The notes under the pieces: generated by a model
Database searches by the model: none
Seen by the model: only the letters and a program-made list of their open reading frames with translations
Told to the model about the DNA's origin: nothing
In this document: piece by piece, positions 30,273 through 40,219 of the stretch
Layout of the letters: every line of letters starts with the position of its first letter
How positions within the stretch are numbered: the first letter of the stretch is position 1
Assembly (NCBI GenBank): GCA_963789945.1
Contig: CAWBMN010000008.1
Location: 20,810-84,809 of the forward strand
Length of the DNA: 64,000 nucleotides
Origin: an uncultured beta proteobacterium
Lineage (GTDB): Bacteria; Pseudomonadota; Gammaproteobacteria; Burkholderiales; JACQAP01
Direction: 5' to 3'
Made by a program: the position numbers and the translations under genes

Positions 30273-31339
30273 GCAAGACTCCTTGAAGAAGAAGTGAGAA
30301 AGGTGTCGATCGTTGCGTCGACGCGTTCGGAATGTGTGATCGGGCCCAGGTGACCCACACCGTCAAACTCGACCACAGTTGCAGCCGGGAGCGTGTCGCG
30401 AAGCAGGATGGTCGCTCGACGCGCCGCCGCGGTCGTGTGCGTGCCGCTTATGAGCAGGCACGGCGTGTCCAGTGAGCGCAGCGCGGCGGCCGACCAGCGC
30501 TCGAAGAACGTCGCGATCCAGGCGGCGCGCAACGAGCGCACCGAGGCGACGAGCTTTGGCCGGCGCTCCCCGGGCATTGCAGCCCAACTGCCCGGGCCGG
30601 CCCAGTAGTCGATGAAGCGCTCGGTCGCGGCTTCGACCCGGCCGCTGTCGATCAACTGGATCGTCTCGTCGCGCACCGCTTCGATCTCGAGCGTTGCCGG
30701 ATCGCCCGGGCACAGGTGCGACAGGGTGCCCCACATCGTCGGCTCGTACAGCACCATCGATTGCACGCGCGCGCGGTTGGCAGCGGCAATTCTGAGCGCC
30801 ACGGCCGCACCGTAAGAGTGGCCCACCAGGTGCACGGGAGTATCGTCCGGCAGCAGTGCTTCGAGCGGCGCGGCCTCGTCGGCAAGCGTGAATCGACGCT
30901 CCCCCAGCCACGAGGGAGTCCTGCCATGGCCATAAAGGTCGGCGGCCACGACACGGAAGCGGGGTGCGAGGCGCTGCATGAGCCCCTGGTATTGGGCCGA
31001 GCTGCTGGAGAACGAATGAATGCAGAGCACGAACGGCCCGGTTCCGGCTTCGCGGTAATGCGGCAAGCGGTTCATCGCTGCGCTCACCGGCGGTTGTTGA
31101 ACGCCAGTGCGCTGTGCCGCGGGGTCGGCTTCGACAGGCACAGGACGCGCCGGCTCGCGCATCGTCGTGCGCGCTATCTCTGCCAGGGCCTCGAGTGTGA
31201 ACGTGCGGCCGTTGTTCGCCGGCCGGGCAAATACCGCATCCAGGACCGTCACCCCGGTGTCGCCGGCATCCGCGCCAGCGGGCAGCCGCGGCGAGTCGGT
31301 ACGCTCGCGCTGCGATGGGTTAGCGGTTGTCCTATTCAT
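30269..31339 (-). CDS. Alpha/beta hydrolase (start uncertain; hydrolase domain begins near 31074)
   Basis: DLYGHG, GHSYG nucleophile, GHLGP; stop overlaps the mddA start. Confidence 0.8.
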   Translation of the reverse strand: MNRTTANPSQRERTDSPRLPAGADAGDTGVTVLDAVFARPANNGRTFTLEALAEIARTTMREPARPVPVEADPAAQRTGVQQPPVSAAMNRLPHYREAGTGPFVLCIHSFSSSSAQYQGLMQRLAPRFRVVAADLYGHGRTPSWLGERRFTLADEAAPLEALLPDDTPVHLVGHSYGAAVALRIAAANRARVQSMVLYEPTMWGTLSHLCPGDPATLEIEAVRDETIQLIDSGRVEAATERFIDYWAGPGSWAAMPGERRPKLVASVRSLRAAWIATFFERWSAAALRSLDTPCLLISGTHTTAAARRATILLRDTLPAATVVEFDGVGHLGPITHSERVDATIDTFLTSSSRSLA

Positions 31340-31570
31340 GATCGAGCAAACGCTTCATGCGATCGTTCAACATGCAGGCGTGGTCCGCCCATGCGGCTCC
31401 CTGGTGCATGCTCAGGGCGGAGAAATCGGTCGGTGCAATCATTGGGGAGATGCTCCTTGTAAGTTGGAATCCGCGGGACCACCCGGCTGCGAAAGAATTG
31501 TTGAAGAGCGATTGCAAGAGATCAGATTCCAGCATCCGTGCCCCCAGGTTGTCCTTGCGAATATCGTTGA

Positions 31571-31656
31571 TGATTGACAGCGGCGCCATTGTTCCGGGAG
31601 AGCGTGATTGATTCTTCACCAGGCATCCGGCACGCTTGATCGTGCGTCCGTAATTG
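31571..31656 (-). promoter_or_regulatory. Putative AraC-activated promoter, copy 1 (upstream of hydrolase-mddA-methyltransferase)
   Basis: Ungapped 86-nt match (about 80%) to 32831-32916; CGGAYG half-sites 21 nt apart on the minus strand. Confidence 0.7.
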
Positions 31657-31736
31657 CGCGATGACTCGAGGCCATCCCTGAGGAAAGAAGTAGTGCGCTT
31701 GGAAGTGGAACTCACTTTGAGTCGCTCCCGGACCGG

Positions 31737-31766
31737 CACGGCGGCGAGCCTTCACTCGCCGCCGTG
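31737..31766 (-). terminator. Hairpin downstream of the ferritin-like gene
   Basis: CACGGCGGCGAG-CCTTCA-CTCGCCGCCGTG, 12-bp stem. Confidence 0.6.
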
Positions 31767-31771
31767 TGGAT

Positions 31772-32752
31772 TCAATGCACCATTTCCATCGGCGCTTCGA
31801 CCTTGACGGGCACGGCGTAGGTGAGCGGCGCGAGCGCTGCCTGGATCCGCGTCATCTGCGCTTCACTGATCAGCGCACTCAGTATTTTCTGGAAGCGCGG
31901 TTCCATCACGCCCGAGACGATGAACTGCCATCGATAGGCTTTCAGCACGGTGGCATTGATCTGCATGGCGCGCGCGTCGTCGGCGGGAATGCCGGTCACG
32001 CCCAGGAAGTACGCGGCGTCGGATTTGGCCTGCGCTTGCAGGATGCCGTCCACACCGCCGACGAGAGCAATAAGATCATCGACCGCGGCATCACGCACCG
32101 CGTCCGATGTTAATTTCCCATCCTCGCGCACCCATTCCAGCTCGTCGAGGATCGCGTGCTGCGACTCCTCCTTCCAGTGAAACAGGAACACGTCCTTGTA
32201 CAGGCTTGACAGGCCGTCGTCGTCGGCAATGCTCGCGCGGTAGTGCGCCTGCGTGAACAACTCGATGTTGCAGGTCAGGGCCAGCACGGCCCAGGTGCTC
32301 TTTCCGAGCACGAACGATGCGACATCATTGGGCGCGACATCGAAGCGGTAGCCGGGCGGCATGCGATCGGCAGCGAGCTTTTCGATGCGACGGAACAGTT
32401 CCTGGTGCTTCAACTCCTCGTCCGTGAACCGCACGAGGGCTTCGAGCGCGGTCTGGTCGCCAAGCCAGTAATCCCGGCTGATCTCCAGTATCTTGGCGCT
32501 GATGAAGCGCTCGACCAAACCGAACATGTTGGCGTAGGTACGGCCCTGCACCTGGCTCAGAAAGCGCTTATCTTTCGGATTCAAAAAAGCCAGTTCATTG
32601 ACGCACGACAGGCCATCGGGCAGGAATTTGTTGCGCAGGTCGAAGTCGCGGCCGTGAATCACGTCGCGGTCGATGTCCCAGCGTATCCGCTTGGAGACTT
32701 CGATGGCCTTCGCGTAGCGCTGATGTTCTGGCGAAACATGGGCGGTTTGCAT
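31772..32752 (-). CDS. Ferritin-like di-iron protein of unknown function
   Basis: Two ExxH motifs (DEELKHQ, EESQHA) with preceding Glu residues (LVERF, NIELF). Confidence 0.7.
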   Translation of the reverse strand: MQTAHVSPEHQRYAKAIEVSKRIRWDIDRDVIHGRDFDLRNKFLPDGLSCVNELAFLNPKDKRFLSQVQGRTYANMFGLVERFISAKILEISRDYWLGDQTALEALVRFTDEELKHQELFRRIEKLAADRMPPGYRFDVAPNDVASFVLGKSTWAVLALTCNIELFTQAHYRASIADDDGLSSLYKDVFLFHWKEESQHAILDELEWVREDGKLTSDAVRDAAVDDLIALVGGVDGILQAQAKSDAAYFLGVTGIPADDARAMQINATVLKAYRWQFIVSGVMEPRFQKILSALISEAQMTRIQAALAPLTYAVPVKVEAPMEMVH

Positions 32753-32830
32753 GTTGGCTCCTTTGTCGCTTGATGGAAATGGTTGTTTGCTGCTCTCACG
32801 GCTGCGGAATTCAGTTGCGCAGACCGTTGG

Positions 32831-32953
32831 TGATTGTCAGCGGCGCCATTTTTCCGCGATGGTGTCATTGACGCTTCACTACGCGTCCGGCACACTTGAC
32901 CGCGCGTCCGCGATTGATCGCCAGACTTGATCGCGCGTCCACGCTACTTGATC
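32831..32953. promoter_or_regulatory. Divergent promoter region with AraC-type repeats, copy 2
   Basis: Duplicate of 31571-31656 plus further CTTGATCGCGCGTCC / CTTGATC repeats before the AraC start. Confidence 0.7.
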
Positions 32954-32978
32954 AATCCTCCACCGAACGCTCCATGCC

Positions 32979-33980
32979 ATGAGCCGCGATACGCTTTCGG
33001 ACCTGTTGCGCAGCGTGCGCCTGCGAGGTGCGGTGTTTTTCTACATCAGCTTTCGCGACCAGTGGTCGGCCGAGGGCTTGCCGGCGAAGCAGATCGCCGG
33101 CGGGGTGATGCCCGGCTGCGAACATGTCATGGAGTACCACATGCTGGCGAAGGGCAGCGGTTGGGCCGCGGTTTCCGGTCTGCCTCCGGTGAGACTCGCC
33201 GCGGGCGACATCGTGATGTTTCCGCAGGGGGATCGCCACGTCATCTCGAGCGCCCCGGGCCTGGAGCCGATTCCCGCAAACGCCGAATGGGTGTCCGCCC
33301 GCCGCAATGATCCCAAGCCGGTGCCCATTGCTTTTCACCACGGCGTCCGGGAACCGGGCGTATTGATGCCCATGGCGGATGCCGATGCGATCCTCGTGTG
33401 CGGTTTCCTGGGCTGCGATGTGCGCCCGTTCAATCCGCTCGTTGCGGCGCTTCCCCGGATCCTCCATCTGCCGGCCTCACGCGCCGGTGATTGGGTTGGC
33501 CGCGTGATCGACCAGGCGGTGGTCGAATCCAACAACAAGCGGCCCGGCGGAGAAGCCGTGCTCGAAAGGCTCTCGGAAATGATGTTCGTGGATGCGGCCC
33601 GTCGCTATCTCGATTCCCTGCCCGAGGATGCGACCGGTTGGCTCGCGGGACTTCGCGACCGTTACGTCGGCAAGACACTCGCGCTCATGCACGAACGTCC
33701 CGATCACGCCTGGACCGTCGATGATCTCGCCCGCGAGGTCGGCTTGTCGCGCTCCGCGCTGCACGAGCGGTTCGTGCAATACCTCGGGCAGCCGCCGATG
33801 CAGTACCTTGCCAGTTGGCGCATCCAGCTCGGCGCGCGATTGTTGCGCGAATCGAATCGCAATGTCGCGACGATTGCGCTCGACGTCGGCTACGACTCCG
33901 AAGCCGCGTTCTCGCGCGCCTTCAAGCGGATGGTCAGCATGCCGCCGGCCGCCTGGCGCAAAGCTCAGGCCGGTACGTAG
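32979..33980 (+). CDS. AraC family transcriptional regulator (cupin + HTH)
   Basis: DTLSDLL, WTVDDLAREVGLSRS, VGYDSEAAFSRAFKR. Confidence 0.93.
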   Translation: MSRDTLSDLLRSVRLRGAVFFYISFRDQWSAEGLPAKQIAGGVMPGCEHVMEYHMLAKGSGWAAVSGLPPVRLAAGDIVMFPQGDRHVISSAPGLEPIPANAEWVSARRNDPKPVPIAFHHGVREPGVLMPMADADAILVCGFLGCDVRPFNPLVAALPRILHLPASRAGDWVGRVIDQAVVESNNKRPGGEAVLERLSEMMFVDAARRYLDSLPEDATGWLAGLRDRYVGKTLALMHERPDHAWTVDDLAREVGLSRSALHERFVQYLGQPPMQYLASWRIQLGARLLRESNRNVATIALDVGYDSEAAFSRAFKRMVSMPPAAWRKAQAGT

Positions 33981-34054
33981 TGGATGCCCGGCGCTCTGTC
34001 TGTCTTCAAGAGTGACCGCATAACCCGGGATAGCTCAGCCCGCCCCTGCTCGAA

Positions 34055-36826
34055 TTACGGCTGACTCCCCCGACTCGTCTGCGGCGGTGCCCAGAAGATG
34101 ACTTCGAAGGAGTCCGCGGCCATCGCGGCGGACGCAGCTTGCGCGGTGCCAGCCACACGTATCTGCATCTCGCGTTGCTCGTCCTTGCCCGGATCGAGAT
34201 TGAACCCAACGGGAAACGGCGGCGCTGCGCGGATCTCGGGTGGCCGCGCAAAGATCTCGCGCAATTCCGCTACGCCCTCCCGGTCTCCGGCCTTCTCGTT
34301 AAGCGCCACCAGATGTTCGACCGCGCGCTTGTTTCCGAGCATCGCGGACTGCGAGTAAAACTGGAGGGCGGCCTGCTGGTTCTGCGGAACGCCTTCGCCT
34401 TTTTCGTATCTTTGCGCAAGAGCAAAGAACACGTCCGCAAGCTCTGTAGCCGCTTTCGCGTATCCCTGATCCAGGGCCGCCGACAGCCATTTCGCTGCTT
34501 CGAGGTCGTCGCGCACAACGCCGTATCCCTTGGCATGGAAAGTACCGAGCTTGTACTGCGCAGACGCAATGCCCGCCTCGGCGCCGGTGCGGTACCACGC
34601 TGCCGCACTTGAGGGTGCTGTGGGTGCACCGCGGCCTCCTTCGAAGAAGTCCTCCAGGTTGCCCTTCGCCTGCGGCACGCCGCGGCTCAGCGCCAGCAGA
34701 TACCAATCAAGCGCTTTCTTGTAATCGCGCTGTACAGCGAGGCCCCGGTCGTACATGACGCCGAGATTGTTCTGCGCCTTGCCGTTGCCCCCGTCGGCCG
34801 ACTTCTGCCACCACTGCAGCGCCTTCGCTTCGTTCTTCGGCACGCCCTGGCCTTGCGAATACATGATGCCGAGCTTGAACTGCGCCCACCGGCTCCGGTC
34901 CGCCGCCTGCTCGTAGAGTTGGGCAGCTTGCGCCGCGTCCTTCTTTCCGCCGCGGCCCTGTTCGAGCATTTCCCCGAGATCGACCATGGCCCGATAGTCG
35001 TCCTGCTTGACGCCGCGACGGTAGAGCTTGAGCGCCTCCGGATAATCCTGGGTCTTGTCGCTCAGCGAAGCGAGCCGGTACAGCGATTCGCCACCACCGC
35101 TCTCCATTGATTTGCGATACCACTTCTTAGCCTCGCCGAGATCCTGCTTGACTCCCGTCCCCTTCTCATACATCTGGGCGAGGTTCATTTGCGATATGCC
35201 GTATCCCTGCTCCGCGGCGCGCGTGTACCACTTGATCGCCTCGTCGTATTGCTTTTGCTGCTCGAATTGGAATGCGAGGTTGTGCTGGGCCTTCGCGTCG
35301 CCTTTTTCGGCCTGCGATGCCATGGTGTCCACGGGGGGAGCCGTTGAGGCGAGGTTTTTCCACATGCGATCGCTCATCGCTTTGGAGAGCGCTTTCGCCT
35401 CGGCGCTGTCTTTTTCCACGCCGACACCGCTCATCGCTTTCATCGAAACGAGCTTGATCGCCCGGCCGTCGTCGAGATCGGCCGCCTTGCGATACCAGGC
35501 CAGGGCTTCGACCTCGTTCTTCGGCGCGCCGTACCCGTATTCGCTCATTGCGCCCAGCAGCGTCATCGCTAGCGTCGAGCCTTTCGCTTCCGCAATACCC
35601 GCTTCGCGGCGCGCCTCGTCGAACTTCCCGGCGTGGGCGAGGGCACGCGCGAACTGAGCGCGATAGCGCAAGATGGACGGAAACTCCGCTACCGCCTTCC
35701 GGCAGGCGGGGATGGCCTGTTCCGCGTAGCGGCTCATGCAGTAGGCGCTTATGCCCGGCACGACTTTTCCCGGGTCGTACGCGTCCGCGGCGAACCGGTC
35801 GCAGGCATTCGCGCCCGGCTCTGCCTGCGCCGCGCGATCGCACGACTGATGCAGCCCCATCATCGCCCAGCGCCGCGATTCCGTCCGATCGCGCTCGACT
35901 CCCAGTCCGTTCTGGTAGAGCATGGCCATGCTCATCTGCGCCGGGCCGAAACCCGCTTCGGCGGCCCTGCGATACCAGGTCTGTGCCGTCGCGTAATCCT
36001 GCGGCACCCACTGCCCGGCCTCGTACAGATGGCCCACATAGTTCTGCGCCCACAATTCTCCCGCGCGGGCCAGACGCTCGTACCATGCGACCAACGCGGC
36101 CGTATCGGGCTCGACACGCCCGAGCTGCGCGATGCGCATGGGATTGCGGCGTCCTTCCGGCAGCGCTTGCGGCCGCTCACCTGCCTTTTTCCACCAGCGT
36201 TCGACCGCAGCCGGATCGGCGCCAACACCGCGCCCCCTGGCGTACGCGTCGCCCAGGATCTGCATCGCCAGCGGGTCGTAGCCCCCTGCCGCGCGGTGGA
36301 ATTGTGCGATTGCCTCAGCATCATCGGCCGCCGTCCCCCAGCCGTTGGCGACCATGACGCCCTGATTGAAAGCCGCGAGCGGATGATCCTTCTTCGCGGC
36401 GTCGCCAAAGAGCTTGAGCGCGGCACCGTAATCGCGCGCAACGCCGTTGCCGTCGGCGTACATCACGCCGAGCAGGACCATTGCCATAGACGAACCGAGC
36501 TCGGTTCCCAAGCGCGCTTCCCTCAATGCACCCACCGTATCGCCGGCGACAGCCAGCACTCGCGCATATCGCGCGTGCAGGCGAGCGGACTTGGGCTCGG
36601 TCTCCACCGCCTTGCGGCAGGCCTCGATCATCTTCGGCAGCTCCCTCGCCAGTTCATCGACCGAGTGGCCGTTTTGTTTCTCGCCCGAGCTTAAGAAATC
36701 CGCCCCGTTGAAATCGCACACCTGGACGGGAGACGGCCCGTCCGCCCGCAGCGGCGTGCAAACCGCCGCCAGTGCCGCGAGCAGGCGGGCCATTGCAATG
36801 ATTGTTCTCACGAAAGATATGGTCAT
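34055..36826 (-). CDS. Large Sel1-like repeat protein
   Basis: Many AQxxLGxMYxxGxGVxxD..A..WY units; two ACRKAV modules; start uncertain. Confidence 0.88.
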   Translation of the reverse strand: MTISFVRTIIAMARLLAALAAVCTPLRADGPSPVQVCDFNGADFLSSGEKQNGHSVDELARELPKMIEACRKAVETEPKSARLHARYARVLAVAGDTVGALREARLGTELGSSMAMVLLGVMYADGNGVARDYGAALKLFGDAAKKDHPLAAFNQGVMVANGWGTAADDAEAIAQFHRAAGGYDPLAMQILGDAYARGRGVGADPAAVERWWKKAGERPQALPEGRRNPMRIAQLGRVEPDTAALVAWYERLARAGELWAQNYVGHLYEAGQWVPQDYATAQTWYRRAAEAGFGPAQMSMAMLYQNGLGVERDRTESRRWAMMGLHQSCDRAAQAEPGANACDRFAADAYDPGKVVPGISAYCMSRYAEQAIPACRKAVAEFPSILRYRAQFARALAHAGKFDEARREAGIAEAKGSTLAMTLLGAMSEYGYGAPKNEVEALAWYRKAADLDDGRAIKLVSMKAMSGVGVEKDSAEAKALSKAMSDRMWKNLASTAPPVDTMASQAEKGDAKAQHNLAFQFEQQKQYDEAIKWYTRAAEQGYGISQMNLAQMYEKGTGVKQDLGEAKKWYRKSMESGGGESLYRLASLSDKTQDYPEALKLYRRGVKQDDYRAMVDLGEMLEQGRGGKKDAAQAAQLYEQAADRSRWAQFKLGIMYSQGQGVPKNEAKALQWWQKSADGGNGKAQNNLGVMYDRGLAVQRDYKKALDWYLLALSRGVPQAKGNLEDFFEGGRGAPTAPSSAAAWYRTGAEAGIASAQYKLGTFHAKGYGVVRDDLEAAKWLSAALDQGYAKAATELADVFFALAQRYEKGEGVPQNQQAALQFYSQSAMLGNKRAVEHLVALNEKAGDREGVAELREIFARPPEIRAAPPFPVGFNLDPGKDEQREMQIRVAGTAQAASAAMAADSFEVIFWAPPQTSRGSQP

Positions 36827-37000
36827 CTCGGTTGGGACTGGGAAGGTTTGCGACAGCATATCCCTTCCGAATTGGCATGGGGGTGCCCCGGTCCCGGCGC
36901 GCGTTCCCGATGAGAGAGCCCGCGCCAATTCACATAGACGCAGCCGAAGTCAGCTTGGTCTGAGTTGTCTCGTTGCTCGCGTTCCTTCTCGCGCGCCAGA

Positions 37001-37032
37001 AAAATCCCCGCTGGCGAAACCAGCGGGGATTT
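37001..37032 (-). terminator. Rho-independent terminator after phoX
   Basis: AAATCCCCGCTGG-CGAAA-CCAGCGGGGATTT inverted repeat with a U tract on the minus strand. Confidence 0.8.
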
Positions 37033-37093
37033 GAACGAACTAAAATCGAACGTGCAGACGGCGGGCGCTAAACGCGGATGAGCACCCTGTCAT

Positions 37094-38485
37094 TCAGTCA
37101 TCGTCACGATCATGATGACCGTCATCGTCGTGGTCGCGGTCACCCCTCCTGCACTTCGGGCACGGCGCGGAAATCATAATGGTACGATCGACGCCGCTGT
37201 CGGGGTGCTGCACGTTGACGTAAGCAACATTCGGCTTGAACTTGTCGAAGTACAACCCGGTGCTTTCAGCGCCTTTGGTCGACAGGCTCGCCCACTTGCC
37301 GATGGCTTCGGCCACGCCGTCATTGTCCTCGTCCTTGGCAAACCAGATGTCTTCGACCCCGCCCGGCTGGTCTTCCACGATGTACATGTTGCCGTCTGCG
37401 TCGATCGCCAGGTTGTCGGGATTCGCGAAGATGTTGCCGACAGGCAGGCCGGTGGCCATGTCGATCGTGTTGCGGCTGGCGAACAGCTTGACCGTGTTGG
37501 TGCTCAGGTCGATGGAGAACACTTTGTGGTTGGTCGTGGTCGCCACGAACAGCATCTGCTTGCCGTGCTTCAGGGTCTTGATCTCCATGTCTTCCGGGCG
37601 GTCGAAATCGGTGCCCCGAAAGGCCGGCAGGTTCGGTGTGGCACGGCCGTCGATGGCGGTCTTGCCATTGGGGTCGGTAACGATGACCGCGCCGGGCAGC
37701 GGCACGCCATTGAAGTCGGTCAGCGGGATCCAAGTGGCAGCCCCGGTGGCTTCTTCAACCGTGCCATCACCCACGCGCAGCACGGATGTCTGGCCGGTGC
37801 GAAAGAAGTAATCGCCGTTGTGGGCGTTCGGGTCCGTGGAGGTAAACCTGAAGATGTGGCTGTTGTCGCGTTCGTCGATGAAGTACAGGTTCTTCTTTTT
37901 ATCGAACGCCAGGCCTTCATGGGATACGCGTGGCAGAATGTCGCGATGGACGAAATTGATATCGGCCGGAGCGGCCAAGGGATTGGTGACTTCGAACAGG
38001 CGGCCGTAAATGCTGGTCGGGTTGGCACCCGGATCGCTCCACGATTCTTCGGCGGTCAGGAAGCCGCCCCACGGCGTCCAGCGGGATGCGTCGAAGGCCA
38101 CGTGGCTGTTCAGCGCAGGAGCGGCAGCCGGGCTGGACCAGATGGTGGTGGTGATCATGGTGCGCAGATCGGTGCGCTGGATGCCGGCCTGGCCGGTTTC
38201 GAACACTGTAAACAGGAACCGGCCGGCGTCGGGGCCGGTTTCGTTCGCGGTGTGCATGTCGTAGCTACCGGTATCGAAGCGGGTGGCCTGGGCGGGATCC
38301 CGGGCAACGATAGTCATCTGGCTGAAGTGCGGTGCGGACAGCCGGTAGGGGGCGGCCGCAGGCAGGGTGTCGACACCCACATCGCCAGTCATGGGAGTGA
38401 AATCTTTGAAGGACGTGCCGGCGGCAAGAGCTGAAGAGCCAGCCAGTGCCAAGCCGATCGCAAGCGAAAGATTCTTGAGCATCAT
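37094..38485 (-). CDS. PhoX/DUF839 family alkaline phosphatase-like protein
   Basis: TPWG..LTAEE, SHEG, FDRPED, NPDNL, VED, GAESTG, VNVQHP. Confidence 0.82.
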   Translation of the reverse strand: MMLKNLSLAIGLALAGSSALAAGTSFKDFTPMTGDVGVDTLPAAAPYRLSAPHFSQMTIVARDPAQATRFDTGSYDMHTANETGPDAGRFLFTVFETGQAGIQRTDLRTMITTTIWSSPAAAPALNSHVAFDASRWTPWGGFLTAEESWSDPGANPTSIYGRLFEVTNPLAAPADINFVHRDILPRVSHEGLAFDKKKNLYFIDERDNSHIFRFTSTDPNAHNGDYFFRTGQTSVLRVGDGTVEEATGAATWIPLTDFNGVPLPGAVIVTDPNGKTAIDGRATPNLPAFRGTDFDRPEDMEIKTLKHGKQMLFVATTTNHKVFSIDLSTNTVKLFASRNTIDMATGLPVGNIFANPDNLAIDADGNMYIVEDQPGGVEDIWFAKDEDNDGVAEAIGKWASLSTKGAESTGLYFDKFKPNVAYVNVQHPDSGVDRTIMISAPCPKCRRGDRDHDDDGHHDRDDD

Positions 38486-38641
38486 AAGGAATTCCTCTTG
38501 GTATTAAGCAAAGGTTGTACCGATACAGATCAGATTGGGAGCGATATCAAACCAACGAACAGAAAGTCGAATCCGAAAACCGCGCATCTCCAACCCTGGA
38601 GAAAACCTGCGCCGGCCATCAATCCATTCGGTACGTGGGGG

Positions 38642-38697
38642 ATGCTACTGGTCGAGCATGACAGGCTTGTTGCATTCGGATCGAAGAATCTTGACAC
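38642..38697 (-). promoter_or_regulatory. Pho-box-like promoter upstream of phoX
   Basis: Minus strand ATGCAAC-AAGC-CTGTCAT (11-nt period), TAGCAT -10 box 10 nt downstream, and GTGTCAA 33 nt upstream of CTGTCAT. Confidence 0.55.
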
Positions 38698-38920
38698 TTG
38701 CGTTTAGTGCCGCATCTACCCGCAGGAGCATTCACATGAACCGTAGCGATTGCCTTGAGAAAGGCGCGTCCGGCACTTGGAAGTTGAATCCACCAACCTC
38801 CACACGTCATCGAGATCCTGTTGATCGGGAGCGACACATTTTTGCGCTACGATCCCTGTGCGAGGAAAGTACAATCGTTCTGCCGATCCAGAATGGATTC
38901 GACCTTTATTGGAGAAATGC

Positions 38921-39682
38921 ATGAATAGAATCTGCTTATCTTTGCTAGCCGCGTTTCTGGCAACCGCCAGCCTCTCTGAACACGCATTGAGTCAGGATTC
39001 GATGGCGCTTGCGAACGCTGTCGTCGCGGCGGCGGATCGCAGCCCTGAGGATCGCGCGCTCGACGCCGGCCGCAAACCGGCCGAACTGCTCGCCTTCCTG
39101 GGCGTACAGCCGGGCTGGCGTATCGCCGACCTGGGTGCCGGCGGCGGCTATACGACCGAGTTACTCAAGCGGGCGGTAGGCAGCGACGGCGCCGTCTACG
39201 GACAGAACTCCAAGAAGTTGCTGGAGATGTTCCTGGAAAAGCCCTGGAGCGCGCGGCTCTCAAAGCCGGCAATGAAGGGTGTCGTGCGTCTGGATCGCGA
39301 TTTCGACGATCCCTTCCCGGGCGACATGCGTCCGCTCGACGCGGTCACGATGGTGCTGTTTTATCACGACACAGTCTGGCTCGGGGTGAATCGCGAGGCC
39401 ATGAACAAGGCCGTGTTCACCGCACTTAAGCCGGGCGGTGTATTCGTGATTGTCGATCACAGCGCGCGGCCGGGGGACGGTGTCGATGTGGCCAATACGT
39501 TTCATCGGATTGACGAGAATATCGTCAAATCGGAAATACAGGCAGCGGGGTTCGTGCTCGATGGCCAAGCCGATTTTCTCCGCAACAAGGACGACACCCG
39601 GGATTGGAACGATTCGCCGCGCGCCGCTGGCGAACGCCGTGGCACCAGCGATCGGTTCGTTCTGCGCTTCCGGAAGCCCTGA
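38921..39682 (+). CDS. Predicted secreted SAM-dependent methyltransferase (COG4798-like)
   Basis: Signal peptide; RKPAELLAF, DLGAGGGYTT, YHD, LKPGG, HRID, DRFVLRFRKP. Confidence 0.85.
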   Translation: MNRICLSLLAAFLATASLSEHALSQDSMALANAVVAAADRSPEDRALDAGRKPAELLAFLGVQPGWRIADLGAGGGYTTELLKRAVGSDGAVYGQNSKKLLEMFLEKPWSARLSKPAMKGVVRLDRDFDDPFPGDMRPLDAVTMVLFYHDTVWLGVNREAMNKAVFTALKPGGVFVIVDHSARPGDGVDVANTFHRIDENIVKSEIQAAGFVLDGQADFLRNKDDTRDWNDSPRAAGERRGTSDRFVLRFRKP

Positions 39683-39717
39683 CCATTGGCTTCTTCAAAA
39701 TGTTGGAATGAGCTGGA

Positions 39718-40197
39718 ATGAGTGAGATCACGCTGGTGTCCATTGTTGCGGCGTTGGCGTTGGCAACCGCGTCCGGAGGTTGTCTGGCGAATGACTCGAC
39801 GACACAGAAGGATGAGACCACACAGGTCGGGGCGACGAAGCCGGACGGTCCAGCGGTTTGGCCCCGTACCCGATTTTTTGCAAGCGAACTCCGGGGATTG
39901 CAGCTGGGAGATTTACAGGTGGAAGCCCATTTCTGCGGTTGCAACGACAAACCCAACAAACACTTCCCGTATTCCCTCGTCTTGCTGAAAACTTCGAAGG
40001 GAGACCTGGTTGCAAGGCCTGAGCGTCTGGAAGGGGCAGTGACCTACACGCCATTGGCGGTCAGGCGCGGAAATGAATACTGCGAACTCGAGTCGGAAAC
40101 GCAATGTCACGGCTCGTTCCCGGACCCGTGCGATTTCACCGACTATATGTACGGGCCCCATCTGGCACCGTTCTTCCCTACGTGCAAAGACGGATGA
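39718..40197 (+). CDS. Hypothetical Cys-rich exported protein
   Basis: Signal-like N-terminus; HFCGC and C-terminal cysteines; no recognised domain. Confidence 0.6.
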   Translation: MSEITLVSIVAALALATASGGCLANDSTTQKDETTQVGATKPDGPAVWPRTRFFASELRGLQLGDLQVEAHFCGCNDKPNKHFPYSLVLLKTSKGDLVARPERLEGAVTYTPLAVRRGNEYCELESETQCHGSFPDPCDFTDYMYGPHLAPFFPTCKDG

Positions 40198-40219
40198 CGC
40201 TGAGCTGTCCCGGGATTAC

